Origin: Desulfosudaceae bacterium
GTDB taxonomy: Bacteria > Desulfobacterota > Desulfobacteria > Desulfobacterales > Desulfosudaceae
Assembly (NCBI GenBank): GCA_963674745.2
Contig: CAXXDV010000001.1
Span: 544,001-608,000, forward strand
Direction: 5' to 3'
Length of the DNA stretch: 64,000 nucleotides
Below the pieces are notes generated by a model. The model was not told the origin of the DNA, did not search any database, and saw only the letters and a program-made list of their open reading frames with translations. The position numbers and the translations under genes are program-made. Shown piece after piece: positions 1 through 9,182 of the stretch (position 1 is the stretch's first letter; each line of letters begins with the position of its first letter).

Positions 1-43
1 TATACCTAACATTCAATATGTTAAAATTTATTCAAACAATTTG

Positions 44-80
44 TGCGAAATAGGAAAATGGTTGGTTGCGAAATAGGAAA
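44..80. promoter_or_regulatory. Tandem direct repeat TGCGAAATAGGAAA (x2), candidate enhancer (UAS) for a sigma54 activator
   Basis: Exact 14-bp repeat at 44-57 and 67-80. A similar arrangement occurs at 32001-32039 beside a -24/-12 promoter. Confidence 0.5.
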
Positions 81-233
81 CATTGCTCTATTTCATAAAC
101 CTTGATTTAACCATGAATACGAACCGGATATATCTTTCCTGACCGGGGTCAATTTCCGGCGGTTTTCTGGCCCGGGAAAGATACTTTCAGGCAGAATCGT
201 ATAGATTGGATAATATCCGTGGAATGACGATAT

Positions 234-1076
234 TTACATACTTTCTTCTCCGAACTCGCGGTACAGATCGGGAAGTATTTGAGCAAGATTATTATATTCC
301 TGTGCGCAGTGAAGTGACATTTGACAGGGTGTATTTCGGGGAATGACGATCTTTCTGATGTATCCGGTGTTAGCGATCCGGTTGACAGGGGACCTGTCCG
401 AAAACATCCGGACTTTAATCCTGCGGCCGATCCAGAAACGGCTGCGCATCTCAACCCCACCCGCAACCTGCCGTACGAAATGACACATGTCCGTATGGTC
501 CGCTTTTTTGTTTTCTGAGCCGGCTCTGGTGCAGATAGCCGTTCTGACATTTGCCGCTTTAAAACGGGTTGTATCGAAACCGAATTCTTCAGGCGGCATG
601 AATGTAATGGACAGCTTTTCCTGACCGATACCCACGTCTTCGACCGGATAGTGCGTGGTGTGCCAATACCGCTCGCGGAAAGGCAACGATTTGTTTTGCA
701 AGCGATCAAGATCATTCACACCGGTTCCCGCATGAGCACCGGGATACCAGATCTTGTACCTGAGGCTCTCCTGGGCATGCCATGAAAACCACCAGTCGAT
801 CATTTCTCCGGTGACGCCCCGCATCCGGGTCAAAACCGCCACGTAACAGCTCCCGTCCGGCATGAAACAGTACCCGTTTTCCTTTGCATGGTAGCCCGGT
901 TCGAGGAGATCGTTTATTTTTTCAAAGGCAAGCGCCTGGGACGGATCAATCGGGCCGGCATCAATCGCAGATTGCACGTCCCCGGGAATTGGCGCCAGCT
1001 GCCGGTAATAATATTTGGCATATGGTTTTGTTTTTTCTTCATCGGTCAGATCCGGTAAAGGCCTGGTCTTTTTCAT
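234..1076 (-). CDS. DAPG/phloretin hydrolase (PhlG-like) family C-C hydrolase
   Basis: Motifs MIDWWFSWH, RYKIWYPGAH, VEDVG, EMRSRFWIG and HCAQEYNNLAQILP, with a His/Glu/His/Glu metal-ligand pattern like PhlG. Confidence 0.85.
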   Translation of the reverse strand: MKKTRPLPDLTDEEKTKPYAKYYYRQLAPIPGDVQSAIDAGPIDPSQALAFEKINDLLEPGYHAKENGYCFMPDGSCYVAVLTRMRGVTGEMIDWWFSWHAQESLRYKIWYPGAHAGTGVNDLDRLQNKSLPFRERYWHTTHYPVEDVGIGQEKLSITFMPPEEFGFDTTRFKAANVRTAICTRAGSENKKADHTDMCHFVRQVAGGVEMRSRFWIGRRIKVRMFSDRSPVNRIANTGYIRKIVIPRNTPCQMSLHCAQEYNNLAQILPDLYREFGEESM

Positions 1077-1177
1077 CGTGCATACCCCATATCATTGTTG
1101 TCCAAAATAATCGTGAAGAGTGATCAACCGGAGAGTCAGTTTCATGAAATTAATTCAGACAATCTTAAGAAGTGCCC

Positions 1178-2893
1178 TTATGGTTTTAATGGATACCTCT
1201 CAATAGGCACATCCTCGGTGGAAACAACCATTTCACCATTCTGATCTTCCAGGATGATCCACTTGAGCCAGTTGGCGTTGTCTGTCTCCGGATAGTCCTC
1301 CCTGATAAACCAGCCCCTTGACTCTTTTCTTGTCAGCGAAGCCCGGTAGAACATCTCCGCGCACAGGGCCATACTCTCCGCTTCGTTGCAGCGCGCCAGG
1401 TCGTGAGGATCCGCGGCCTTTAGCTCGGGCAGCTTATGCTTTACCGCCAGAACCATATCCAGTGCTTCTTTCATCCGCTGTTCACTTTTATAATTGCTGT
1501 ATTTTACCGGTGTCATGGCATCCTGGACATCGTGTACCAGGTCAAGGGCAGCAGCCCCCTTTTCCCGGAACAGGGGCGCGAAGATCCGTTCCGTAAGCAA
1601 AGAGACCTGGTCGTCATCAATCTCAGGCGGCGCGTCCAATGCGCCGGCATAATCAGTCGCCGCTAACGCGCCCCTGTGGGCGCTCCAGACAGCATTCATG
1701 AGTCCCGTGCCGCGAATTCTTCCGGGTGGTGACGGCACGGCCCCTGTCCACGCCGATCCATTGTAACTGACATCGCCCACGGCATAGAGGCCCGGCAAAC
1801 TCGTCGCCATATGATGGTCCACCCGGACCGGTGTCAGTGAACCGAGAAACCCGGGAATCACCTCTGACATGCCGTTTTTATCATCACCCGTGGCCAGCTC
1901 GCATTTTTCTCTGAGTCGCGACCAGAATGCGTTGGCAACAGGACGATCCCAGACCATGTCACTGGCAAAGAGCAGCTCAGATCCGATTTCAAGGAGATTC
2001 TCATTATTCTTCACTTTTATCGGACCGTTTTGATTGACATGTTCCCTGTACCATCCGATGGCCGTCATGGAACAAATGTCGCTTTGCGGGTCCGGCCGAT
2101 ATTTTGCGGAAATATTTTCCCCACGGGCATTATACATATAGTCCTCGGCACCAAAAATAACCTCGCGACTGGCCGGGTGAGCCATGTTAAAAAAGCTTCC
2201 AAATTCGGCGTTTCTCATTCTGGCGCCGGCCCGGTATGCCGCCGCGATGCCGTCACCGCGACCGCAGGCCCACATGGCCATGACCCGGTAATTCTGGCTG
2301 CCGTTGGCCAGGACAGTGGTTTTGGACTTCACCAGGCAGCGACTGCCGTCTTCCACGTTAAAACCAATGGCGCCGCTGACATGCCCGTCGGTCTTGAGCA
2401 GGTCAACCAGGGTTACTTTGTTTATAAATGAAACACCCAGTTTCCGGGCCCGCCTGTTCAGCCGCTGGCACATATCCAGATCAATTCCGGCCAGACCCCA
2501 GGGAAGCATTACTCCGGGATTCTTGACGTATTTATAGCGGCCGTCTTTTTCTTTGTTCAGTTTTGCGCCCCACGAATCGAGAAGATCCAGAACGTTGTTA
2601 CAGGTATGGGCGTACTCGCTTAACAGCTCCTGGTCCTCGAGGAAACAACCGATATTGTTTACATGATAAGAAATAAAATCTTCCGGCGTGTCGGCCGGAG
2701 TGATAAAAGCCAGAATCCCCCCGCCCCGGTCGGCCTGGCCGGACCACCCTGAAAAGGCCTTCTCGACGACCAGGACATCTGTTCCCGGACTCTTTTCCTT
2801 GATAGTGATGGCGGCGCTTAAGCCCGCAAGACCGCCGCCGACAATCAAAATATCAGTGGAAACAATCTCCCCGACAGATACCTTTTTTGTCAT
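1178..2893 (-). CDS. FAD-binding flavoprotein of the succinate dehydrogenase/fumarate reductase/AprA superfamily
   Basis: GGGLAG dinucleotide motif, GDGIAAAYRAGA, TSLPGLYAVGD, RKESRG..REDYP. Start moved to ATG 2893, which has an AAGGAG RBS. Confidence 0.85.
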   Translation of the reverse strand: MTKKVSVGEIVSTDILIVGGGLAGLSAAITIKEKSPGTDVLVVEKAFSGWSGQADRGGGILAFITPADTPEDFISYHVNNIGCFLEDQELLSEYAHTCNNVLDLLDSWGAKLNKEKDGRYKYVKNPGVMLPWGLAGIDLDMCQRLNRRARKLGVSFINKVTLVDLLKTDGHVSGAIGFNVEDGSRCLVKSKTTVLANGSQNYRVMAMWACGRGDGIAAAYRAGARMRNAEFGSFFNMAHPASREVIFGAEDYMYNARGENISAKYRPDPQSDICSMTAIGWYREHVNQNGPIKVKNNENLLEIGSELLFASDMVWDRPVANAFWSRLREKCELATGDDKNGMSEVIPGFLGSLTPVRVDHHMATSLPGLYAVGDVSYNGSAWTGAVPSPPGRIRGTGLMNAVWSAHRGALAATDYAGALDAPPEIDDDQVSLLTERIFAPLFREKGAAALDLVHDVQDAMTPVKYSNYKSEQRMKEALDMVLAVKHKLPELKAADPHDLARCNEAESMALCAEMFYRASLTRKESRGWFIREDYPETDNANWLKWIILEDQNGEMVVSTEDVPIERYPLKP

Positions 2894-2927
2894 GATGACT
2901 GGCTCCTTTACAATATTCCATGCTTCA

Positions 2928-3149
2928 TTACAATGCCGACCACCTGCCAACGTATTCGAAGTCCGGCGTCACCGAAATGCAGTTACCCGGGCAGGCAAGC
3001 TCACACACATTGCAATGGACACAGTCCTCCGGGTAACTGACCTTTGGCTTCTTGTTATCCATGTCCCAGGTAAGAACATTCACAAAACAGGCCTTGTAGC
3101 ATTTCCTGCACCCATTACAGTTTTCAAAATCGATGGTTATCGTATTCAT
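2928..3149 (-). CDS. 2x[4Fe-4S] ferredoxin (AprB-like small subunit)
   Basis: CNGCRKCYKAC and CVHCNVCELACP motifs; directly upstream of the flavoprotein. Confidence 0.85.
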   Translation of the reverse strand: MNTITIDFENCNGCRKCYKACFVNVLTWDMDNKKPKVSYPEDCVHCNVCELACPGNCISVTPDFEYVGRWSAL

Positions 3150-3179
3150 TTGTGCCCCCGGATCTCCTGCCCTCCACGA

Positions 3180-3665
3180 TTAGTTTATATTCGGCGCCAT
3201 TATTTTGGAAAATTTCATCATCCCTACCGGATGCCTGAGAACCCCTTTCAGCTTGAGTTCCCCGGACCGGATTCGCTGAATAAGGTCTTTCCCTTCATAT
3301 GACATGAAATATTTGATTAAGGGCCAGCCTGCCGGCATACGTGAAAGCATCATTAAAATGGCCGGCTCACCTGTAATCCTGATCTGAACGCCGGGCTTGA
3401 TACCACCTTCGATGAAGACCCGGCCGTGATTAAAACTTACGGTCAACCCTTTATCCGGAGGACCGCCGGGGTCGAAGGCCACTACCAGGCGGGTTCGCTC
3501 AATGACACGGACTTTGCCCGGTTTCTTTAAAAAGCCCAGGAGCATTGCCTGGATGAAACGCCCCAGAAGATGCAGATTTTCTCTGTCTCTGACGATCAGA
3601 CAATCTTCCGGCAAACCATTTTGCATTACCGCCGTTTCATTTTTCGCTTTTGTAATGCTGTTCAT
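3180..3665 (-). CDS. Hypothetical protein, probable SCP2 sterol/lipid-binding fold
   Basis: 161 aa. Pattern TVSFNHGRVFIEGG...IRITG...SGELKLKG is typical of SCP2 domains. Confidence 0.55.
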   Translation of the reverse strand: MNSITKAKNETAVMQNGLPEDCLIVRDRENLHLLGRFIQAMLLGFLKKPGKVRVIERTRLVVAFDPGGPPDKGLTVSFNHGRVFIEGGIKPGVQIRITGEPAILMMLSRMPAGWPLIKYFMSYEGKDLIQRIRSGELKLKGVLRHPVGMMKFSKIMAPNIN

Positions 3666-3704
3666 TCTTACACTCCATTCGTTTACCTGTTCTGGTGACT
3701 GGCA

Positions 3705-3792
3705 TTCTAACGTCTGCGGTCAGCTGTGGTAAGGCCTGCCGGAGCGAAGCGGAAAGCAAGCCGTGAAAGCAAACAACACCGGTTTATTGGGC
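3705..3792 (-). mobile_element. Degenerate integron attC-like recombination site
   Basis: Minus strand reads GCCCAAT, 5-bp spacer, GGTGTTGT, central hairpin GGCTTGC...GCAGGCC, GCTGACC, 6-bp spacer, GTTAGAA. It lies just after the stop of 3828-4295. Confidence 0.55.
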
Positions 3793-3827
3793 GACGTTTG
3801 CACATTGACCACCTGAATTTCTCGATA

Positions 3828-4295
3828 TCAAGACAGAATTTCCGCCAACCTGGTGAATTCAATTTGAGCATGCGCCTCCAGATCCTGCTCAAAACCTTTC
3901 GTAAGATAGAGTCTCAAGAACGGATCAAGCAGTCGCCCTCCCCCGGTGAATCCCGCCTTGATCGTATGCGTTATCACTACTCCTTCATCACTATCGTCGA
4001 ATTCCAGCACCAACCAGACTGGCAGTCTTACGATCTTCTTCATTTGCCAAACGATCTCCTTGCCCGGAATACTTTTCATCACTACTCCCTCGAACTTCAA
4101 TCGGCGCCTGCCCACATACTCATCGAAGTATACAAGATTGCCGAGATCGCCGGGAAAGCGTTTTATGGTATGAAATGCCAGATGGGTTCCCGGCCACCAG
4201 TTCCGGTAATCCACATCCGTGCAATTCAACATGAAGTCAGAAATATTTCTTCCTGAAACACCCCTTACGTTCACTTCTGCTCTCATTTCTATCAT
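3828..4295 (-). CDS. SRPBCC/START-like hypothetical protein, possible cassette gene
   Basis: YRNWWPGTH, beta-rich core and C-terminal helix (HAQIEFTRLAEIL). Start uncertain (4295 or 4352). Confidence 0.6.
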   Translation of the reverse strand: MIEMRAEVNVRGVSGRNISDFMLNCTDVDYRNWWPGTHLAFHTIKRFPGDLGNLVYFDEYVGRRRLKFEGVVMKSIPGKEIVWQMKKIVRLPVWLVLEFDDSDEGVVITHTIKAGFTGGGRLLDPFLRLYLTKGFEQDLEAHAQIEFTRLAEILS

Positions 4296-4409
4296 CGTAA
4301 CCTCGACTTTCAGTGACAAAACAGCAAACCGGGAAAACCGCCCGACACTCATTTATCATAAATAACCTGTCACCCCATCAATCTGGCAGCCCTAAGCATC
4401 GCACTCTAT

Positions 4410-4533
4410 ATAATACGATCGTATAGCAAAGTCAAGATGTTTCTCAAACCGCAAAAAATTTGACCGCTTTTTATTTGGGCAATTGGGGATTTTCATAATA
4501 TAGCCTTGACGAAAAGCTATACATATGTATAGC
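4410..4533. promoter_or_regulatory. Divergent promoters with twin TetR-type operators GCTATAC-N4-GTATAGC
   Basis: Perfect palindrome GCTATACATATGTATAGC at 4516-4533 after TTGACG (4506). Related ATAATACGATCGTATAGC at 4410-4427 after TTGACT on the minus strand. Confidence 0.7.
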
Positions 4534-4599
4534 ATAATAACGCGTAACATATGGAAAGATAAATTGCGAAAAATTAATGTAAAAAACGAAAGATGGATC

Positions 4600-5238
4600 A
4601 TGCCCCCGTCCAAACACACCAAAAAAATCGGCAGACAACCCCTGGTTGTTGCAGAAAAGACAAAGCTGGATATTATTCAATCCGCAGCCAAAATTTTTGC
4701 AGATAAAGGATACGATGGCGCCAGCATTCGCATCATTACGAAAAACCTTGGCATTTCCCACGGAATGATCCGGCACCATTTTGGGACCAAAGAGGATTTA
4801 TGGATAGCGGTAATTGACTATTTAATTAATCAATTTGCCATTGACCGGATTCCACCCCGGGAACAAATGGAAGATATCGATCCGGCCCAGCTTTTGAAGA
4901 GCTATATCCGGAATTTTATCAATATGTCTGCCAGGTATCCGGAACTCGGCCAAATAATCCTGAAAGAAGGGGGGAAGAAAGGAAAGCGGTTACATTATAT
5001 TCTTGCCTATGTAATGCCGCTGCACAGGCTGATTGACCCCGTTTTTTACGCTGTCCAGAAAAAAGGCCTCTTGCATAGATATAATCCGGAAAGCTTTTTT
5101 CTTTTCATTGTAGCCGCGGGAGCCGCGCCGATGGCCCTTGCGCCGCTTACGGATGCCTTTTGCGGTGGAAAAATTCTATCACCCGGGGGTATTCAGAAAC
5201 ATGCCGACCTGGTCATTGCCACATTGTTTGACGATTAA
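4600..5238 (+). CDS. TetR/AcrR family transcriptional regulator
   Basis: IIQSAAKIFADKGYDGASIR..I...LGISHGMIRHHFGTKEDLW helix-turn-helix. Confidence 0.9.
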   Translation: MPPSKHTKKIGRQPLVVAEKTKLDIIQSAAKIFADKGYDGASIRIITKNLGISHGMIRHHFGTKEDLWIAVIDYLINQFAIDRIPPREQMEDIDPAQLLKSYIRNFINMSARYPELGQIILKEGGKKGKRLHYILAYVMPLHRLIDPVFYAVQKKGLLHRYNPESFFLFIVAAGAAPMALAPLTDAFCGGKILSPGGIQKHADLVIATLFDD

Positions 5239-5282
5239 ACAGCGGAAAGAAGGAAAGACGCGGGCGCTTCATTCGCCCCTGT

Positions 5283-5735
5283 TCAGTCATACGCTCTCAT
5301 TCTCATCGCAAACTGTTTTGCGCTTTCGATATCAGCGGTGTCTGGGTGCCCTTTGCTGATGCCGATCCATCTGGTTAAGGGATGCTTCTCGTATCCGCGG
5401 CAATTCCATCTGCCGACCAGGCCAACACCAAGGCGGTCAAAACTCTTTTGAATACAATGCCAGTAGAATCGAAGTATGAATGACCGGTCCAGGCTGCTGG
5501 TGATGAACATGAAAACATTGCAATTGCCGGGTACGAATGCTGCTGCTTCATATATCTTCCGGTCAACCCTGGCATAGTAAATGCCCGAACCGAACCCGAT
5601 CAACGTCCGCCCTTTGAAATGGCCGGGCCTTACCCTGTCAACAGTCATCAGATCGGCATTTAGTATGGGTGCCATTGCATCAACCAGTATTTCGGTGTTT
5701 TCTGTCCTTGACTGATAGACAATTAACGGCTTCAT
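5283..5735 (-). CDS. Flavodoxin-like protein
   Basis: IVYQSRTENTE, LIGFGSGIY, GHPD..DIESAKQFA. Start may extend to 5813. Confidence 0.75.
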   Translation of the reverse strand: MKPLIVYQSRTENTEILVDAMAPILNADLMTVDRVRPGHFKGRTLIGFGSGIYYARVDRKIYEAAAFVPGNCNVFMFITSSLDRSFILRFYWHCIQKSFDRLGVGLVGRWNCRGYEKHPLTRWIGISKGHPDTADIESAKQFAMRMRAYD

Positions 5736-5805
5736 ACAGCTGCTCGTCAGGGCTATAGGCTCAAAAAAAGGGTCGGCGCCTGTACGTGACAGACCCGTCT
5801 CTGTT

Positions 5806-7077
5806 TTATCCAAAGAGAGCCTTGAGCTCCCCTGTCTTTGTTAACGCCTGATCCAGCCGGGCCATAATTTCGTCGACCTGTTCAAAGGTGATAATCAACG
5901 GGGGAAGAAACTGGACAACCGACTTGTAATTATTGGCGTACACCATGAAAAGCCCGCTGTCAAAAGCCGCCTTGCACATGATCTGCCCGCAGAGCTCGTC
6001 TTCCATTTCCAGGCCCATGAAAAGGCCGAGCTGCCGCAGGCCTTTGAGAATGTCGTTTTTTGCCATCAGTTCTTCCACGCCTTTGTGGATTTTTCGGGAA
6101 AGCCTGTTGACATGGTCGAGAAAATCAGGGGCGGATGACATTTCCAGCACTTTGAGGGCCACCCGGCAGCCCAGTTCGGAACCGCCGGCAGTGGAAACAT
6201 GAATATGGGGGTCTTCATGAAAAACAGAATCCAGGGGTGCTCTCATGACGGTGGCGGTAATGGGATATATGCCTCCGGACATCCCCTTGGCCAGGACAAC
6301 CATGTCCGGAATGACGCTGAAATGCTCAAATCCCCACAGTTTTCCGGTCCTTCCGAAACCGGTCTGGACTTCATCCAGTATTAGCAGAACACCGCGATCG
6401 TCACAGGTTTGACGGACAGCAGAATAATATTCCGGATCCGGAACCGGCATTCCCAGTGTGGCCGGAACGGTTTCCAGAAGCACCGCTGCCGTGTCATCAT
6501 CAACAGCCCGGCTCATGGCATCCATATCATTAAAAGGAACCTGCTGAAAACCCGGGCAGGCAGGCCCGAAGGGGTCCCGGTACTTGGCATCCCCGGCAGC
6601 CATGGCCAGCCCTGTATGACCGTGATACCCTCCCAGGGCGGATATGATTCGAGTCCGCCCCGTGTACGCACGGGCAACCTTGATTGAAAGGTCAACTGCC
6701 TCCCCTCCGCTGACGCCGAAAACAACGTAATCCAGATCTCCGGGCATCAGTTCCGACAGGCGGCGGCCCAGATCAGCTCTTGCTTTGCTGATAAGGTGGC
6801 CGTTACCCATATCCACTTCCTGCAACGCTTCTTCCAGCGCCCTGATTACTTCCGGGTTGCGATGGCCCAAATTGTAAACCCCGCCATTGCAGTGCAGGTT
6901 GAAAAAGGACCTGCTCCCGTCCAGGTCATGGAAACAAGCACCCTGCCGCTGCCCCATGACGACATCCATATCAAGCTGCTGCCAGAACCGGGCTTTGCCG
7001 GAGGAAACGTGGTTCGTAAAATCGGTAATGGCCTTTTTCTTGAGTGTTTCGGGTGATAAATAATCTTCTGAAATCAT
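5806..7077 (-). CDS. Class III PLP aminotransferase (putrescine/acetylornithine type)
   Basis: SGGEAVD, YHGHT, LILDEVQTGFGRTG, LAKGMSGG (PLP lysine). Confidence 0.9.
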   Translation of the reverse strand: MISEDYLSPETLKKKAITDFTNHVSSGKARFWQQLDMDVVMGQRQGACFHDLDGSRSFFNLHCNGGVYNLGHRNPEVIRALEEALQEVDMGNGHLISKARADLGRRLSELMPGDLDYVVFGVSGGEAVDLSIKVARAYTGRTRIISALGGYHGHTGLAMAAGDAKYRDPFGPACPGFQQVPFNDMDAMSRAVDDDTAAVLLETVPATLGMPVPDPEYYSAVRQTCDDRGVLLILDEVQTGFGRTGKLWGFEHFSVIPDMVVLAKGMSGGIYPITATVMRAPLDSVFHEDPHIHVSTAGGSELGCRVALKVLEMSSAPDFLDHVNRLSRKIHKGVEELMAKNDILKGLRQLGLFMGLEMEDELCGQIMCKAAFDSGLFMVYANNYKSVVQFLPPLIITFEQVDEIMARLDQALTKTGELKALFG

Positions 7078-7138
7078 ATCTGCGCTCCCATCTTTCCAGG
7101 AGAGAACAGCCTCTCCCTGTTAACTGAGAAATATATAT

Positions 7139-7777
7139 CTATCCCAGCAGTTCTTTAAAAGACCGCATAATCAACTCGATTTTCTGCTCCCCTTTCAGCC
7201 TGTCGACGCCATTGCCAAAGAATTGGCAGAAACGATCATCATGGTAATTGGAGACGCATGAAAAAGCGAAAAGCATCAAATGATTGTCAATAAAATAGGC
7301 TGCTGTCTCAGTTGAAATGTCCTGACGAATTTGGCCATTATTTCTTGCTTCTTCAACAATACTTTTAAAAAAACCAAACGTTGCCCGCTCAAACCCTCCA
7401 GAAGCTTCAGATGCGAATTCATCCATGGAAGGAGACCCCAGGTCCATGAAAATCACCAGATAATCCCGATATTTTTCCGAAAAGGGGATTACACTTTCCA
7501 CTACCATGCGAAGCCTGTCCCAGAGCACCATCTTTCCACCGGCAATTTTTATGGCTTCTGTCAGCATCAGTTCGCCGGCTCTATACAAAACGGCTATGAA
7601 CAACCCTTTCTTGTTTTCAAAATATTTGTACAGGGCGCCGTTTGATATTTCCGCAGCCTGACAGATTTCACTGATACCTGCCTGGAAATAGCCCTTTTGT
7701 GAGAAGATGCGCGCTGCGGCGTCGAGTATGGCATGCTGCCTTTTCTCCGGTAGTTTATTAAATGTCCGGGTTCTCAT
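7139..7777 (-). CDS. TetR/AcrR family transcriptional regulator
   Basis: AILDAAARIFSQKGY...ISNGALYKYFENKKGLF helix-turn-helix. Confidence 0.9.
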   Translation of the reverse strand: MRTRTFNKLPEKRQHAILDAAARIFSQKGYFQAGISEICQAAEISNGALYKYFENKKGLFIAVLYRAGELMLTEAIKIAGGKMVLWDRLRMVVESVIPFSEKYRDYLVIFMDLGSPSMDEFASEASGGFERATFGFFKSIVEEARNNGQIRQDISTETAAYFIDNHLMLFAFSCVSNYHDDRFCQFFGNGVDRLKGEQKIELIMRSFKELLG

Positions 7778-7791
7778 CTGTTCAACCTTAT

Positions 7792-8418
7792 TTATAATTC
7801 CAGCGCCAACCGCATCATACCCGGATTTCCAAAGGTTTTTTTAAACCATTTATGCCTGTATTCATTTTGAACTTTGAAACCTGCTTTCTCATAAGCTTTC
7901 TGTGCCGGCTTATTTCCAATAAGGCAGGCTACCTGCATTCTTGGATAGTTTTCTTTTCTGCCTTGCTGAATTGCAGCTTGAAGCAGTTCGTGGATCACCC
8001 CCTGGCGCCGGTATCGGGGGAAGGTAGCAACATTTTCGATTACCAGTGTGTTTTTTGGAATGGAGGGGTTAACCAGAAAAAAGGGAAGCAGTCGCCACAC
8101 AAGCCGGAGGGACGCCATGTCGCTGTATCCCATTTCCCGAAGCGTATTCCGCCATGCCCAGGTTCTGAAGTATTCATGATTAAAAGTGCACAACGTTCCC
8201 GCAATTTCCCCGTTCTTTTCCGCGATCAAATACCTGGTGTAGTGATTGTAAATCCGTTCCCCGTTGATAAACAGACGACCGATATTGTCAAGGCGGGTTT
8301 GTGCCTCACCAGGGAACATCAGCTCATAAACGGATATTTTTTCGGCACTACCTGACATGTCAATAAGTTGTGAAACCTCCTGCACATCATCAGGCACTGC
8401 CTGTCGGATCTGTATCAT
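7792..8418 (-). CDS. GNAT family N-acetyltransferase
   Basis: IENVATFPRYRRQG acetyl-CoA motif; NKPAQKAYEKAGF. Confidence 0.85.
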   Translation of the reverse strand: MIQIRQAVPDDVQEVSQLIDMSGSAEKISVYELMFPGEAQTRLDNIGRLFINGERIYNHYTRYLIAEKNGEIAGTLCTFNHEYFRTWAWRNTLREMGYSDMASLRLVWRLLPFFLVNPSIPKNTLVIENVATFPRYRRQGVIHELLQAAIQQGRKENYPRMQVACLIGNKPAQKAYEKAGFKVQNEYRHKWFKKTFGNPGMMRLALEL

Positions 8419-8591
8419 ATTCGTTTCCTTGTAAAATATTTGAACAGGGCGCCTTTTGATATTTCCGCGGCCTGACAGAATTCTTTGATACCTGCCTGGA
8501 AATAGCCCTTACTTACGAAAATATTCGCCGCCGCGTCGCGTATGGCATGCTGTATTTTTTCCCGAAGTTTACCAAATGCCCGGTTTCTCAT
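8415..8591 (-). pseudogene. 58-aa HTH-only copy of the TetR at 7139-7777 (truncated duplicate or mini-protein)
   Basis: MRNRAFGKLREKIQHAIRDAAANIFVSKGYFQAGIKEFCQAAEISKGALFKYFTRKRI*. Closely matches the DNA at about 7620-7777; its stop overlaps the GNAT ATG (ATGA). Confidence 0.7.
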
Positions 8592-8607
8592 TTAGCCAGC
8601 CCCGACT

Positions 8608-8629
8608 AGAGAGTGAATGATCACTCTCT
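8608..8629. promoter_or_regulatory. Perfect inverted repeat, probable TetR operator
   Basis: AGAGAGTGA-ATGA-TCACTCTCT upstream of the mini-TetR/GNAT/TetR unit; TTGACA on the minus strand at 8648-8653. Confidence 0.6.
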
Positions 8630-9048
8630 TTCATGCCTAACGTTTATTGTCAAGACAAAAATTTATACATCATAAAACATAGCTGATGAAAATGTTTGGA
8701 ACTCTTTACCTGGTTGCGCGCGCAGGGAGTTTATATTCCAGCCGACTGGGTTCTGTTACCCTCATGTGCTTTTTTCCCGTTGGCATTACACGCATCATGA
8801 CGCTTGATATCCGGCATTCGGTTTCTGAAGCAGGTATCGTCACCGTATGCATCGGCCTGGTTACCGCCAGTCCTTTCTCATCATCAGCTACAATTGAGAA
8901 TCTGTAACGGCAGGCCGATACGGCCCTGTCCGAAACCAGAAAAACAGCCGCAACCGCACTGCCGTGTTTCAGGCCGCTGATGATCTGCCGAAAGAATGCA
9001 AATCCCTGCTGTTTGATATAGATATTGTAAGGGCTCTGAGATTTCCCC

Positions 9049-9103
9049 TTGACAGCCTGGCGCCAGTTATAATATATAATACGAAACGATATAGTATTGT
9101 ATT
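9049..9103 (+). promoter_or_regulatory. Candidate sigma70 promoter plus operator shared with 12032-12087
   Basis: TTGACA at 9049, an AT-rich -10 region, then AATACGAAACGATATAGTATTGTATT. Confidence 0.5.
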
Positions 9104-9182
9104 TAAACATTACTGGCGGTGGTGTTCGATACAACGGCATCAACACACCGGCAGAACTCTAATCTCAAGGGGTCGCATATCC

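Noticed and set aside
1178..3149. True aprBA or sdhA
   Set aside because: The ferredoxin lacks the AprB tail, there is no qmo/sat or sdhBC context, and the flavoprotein is divergent.
8706..9146. 146-aa minus-strand ORF
   Set aside because: No recognisable motif, and it overlaps the molybdoenzyme promoter; at most a remnant.
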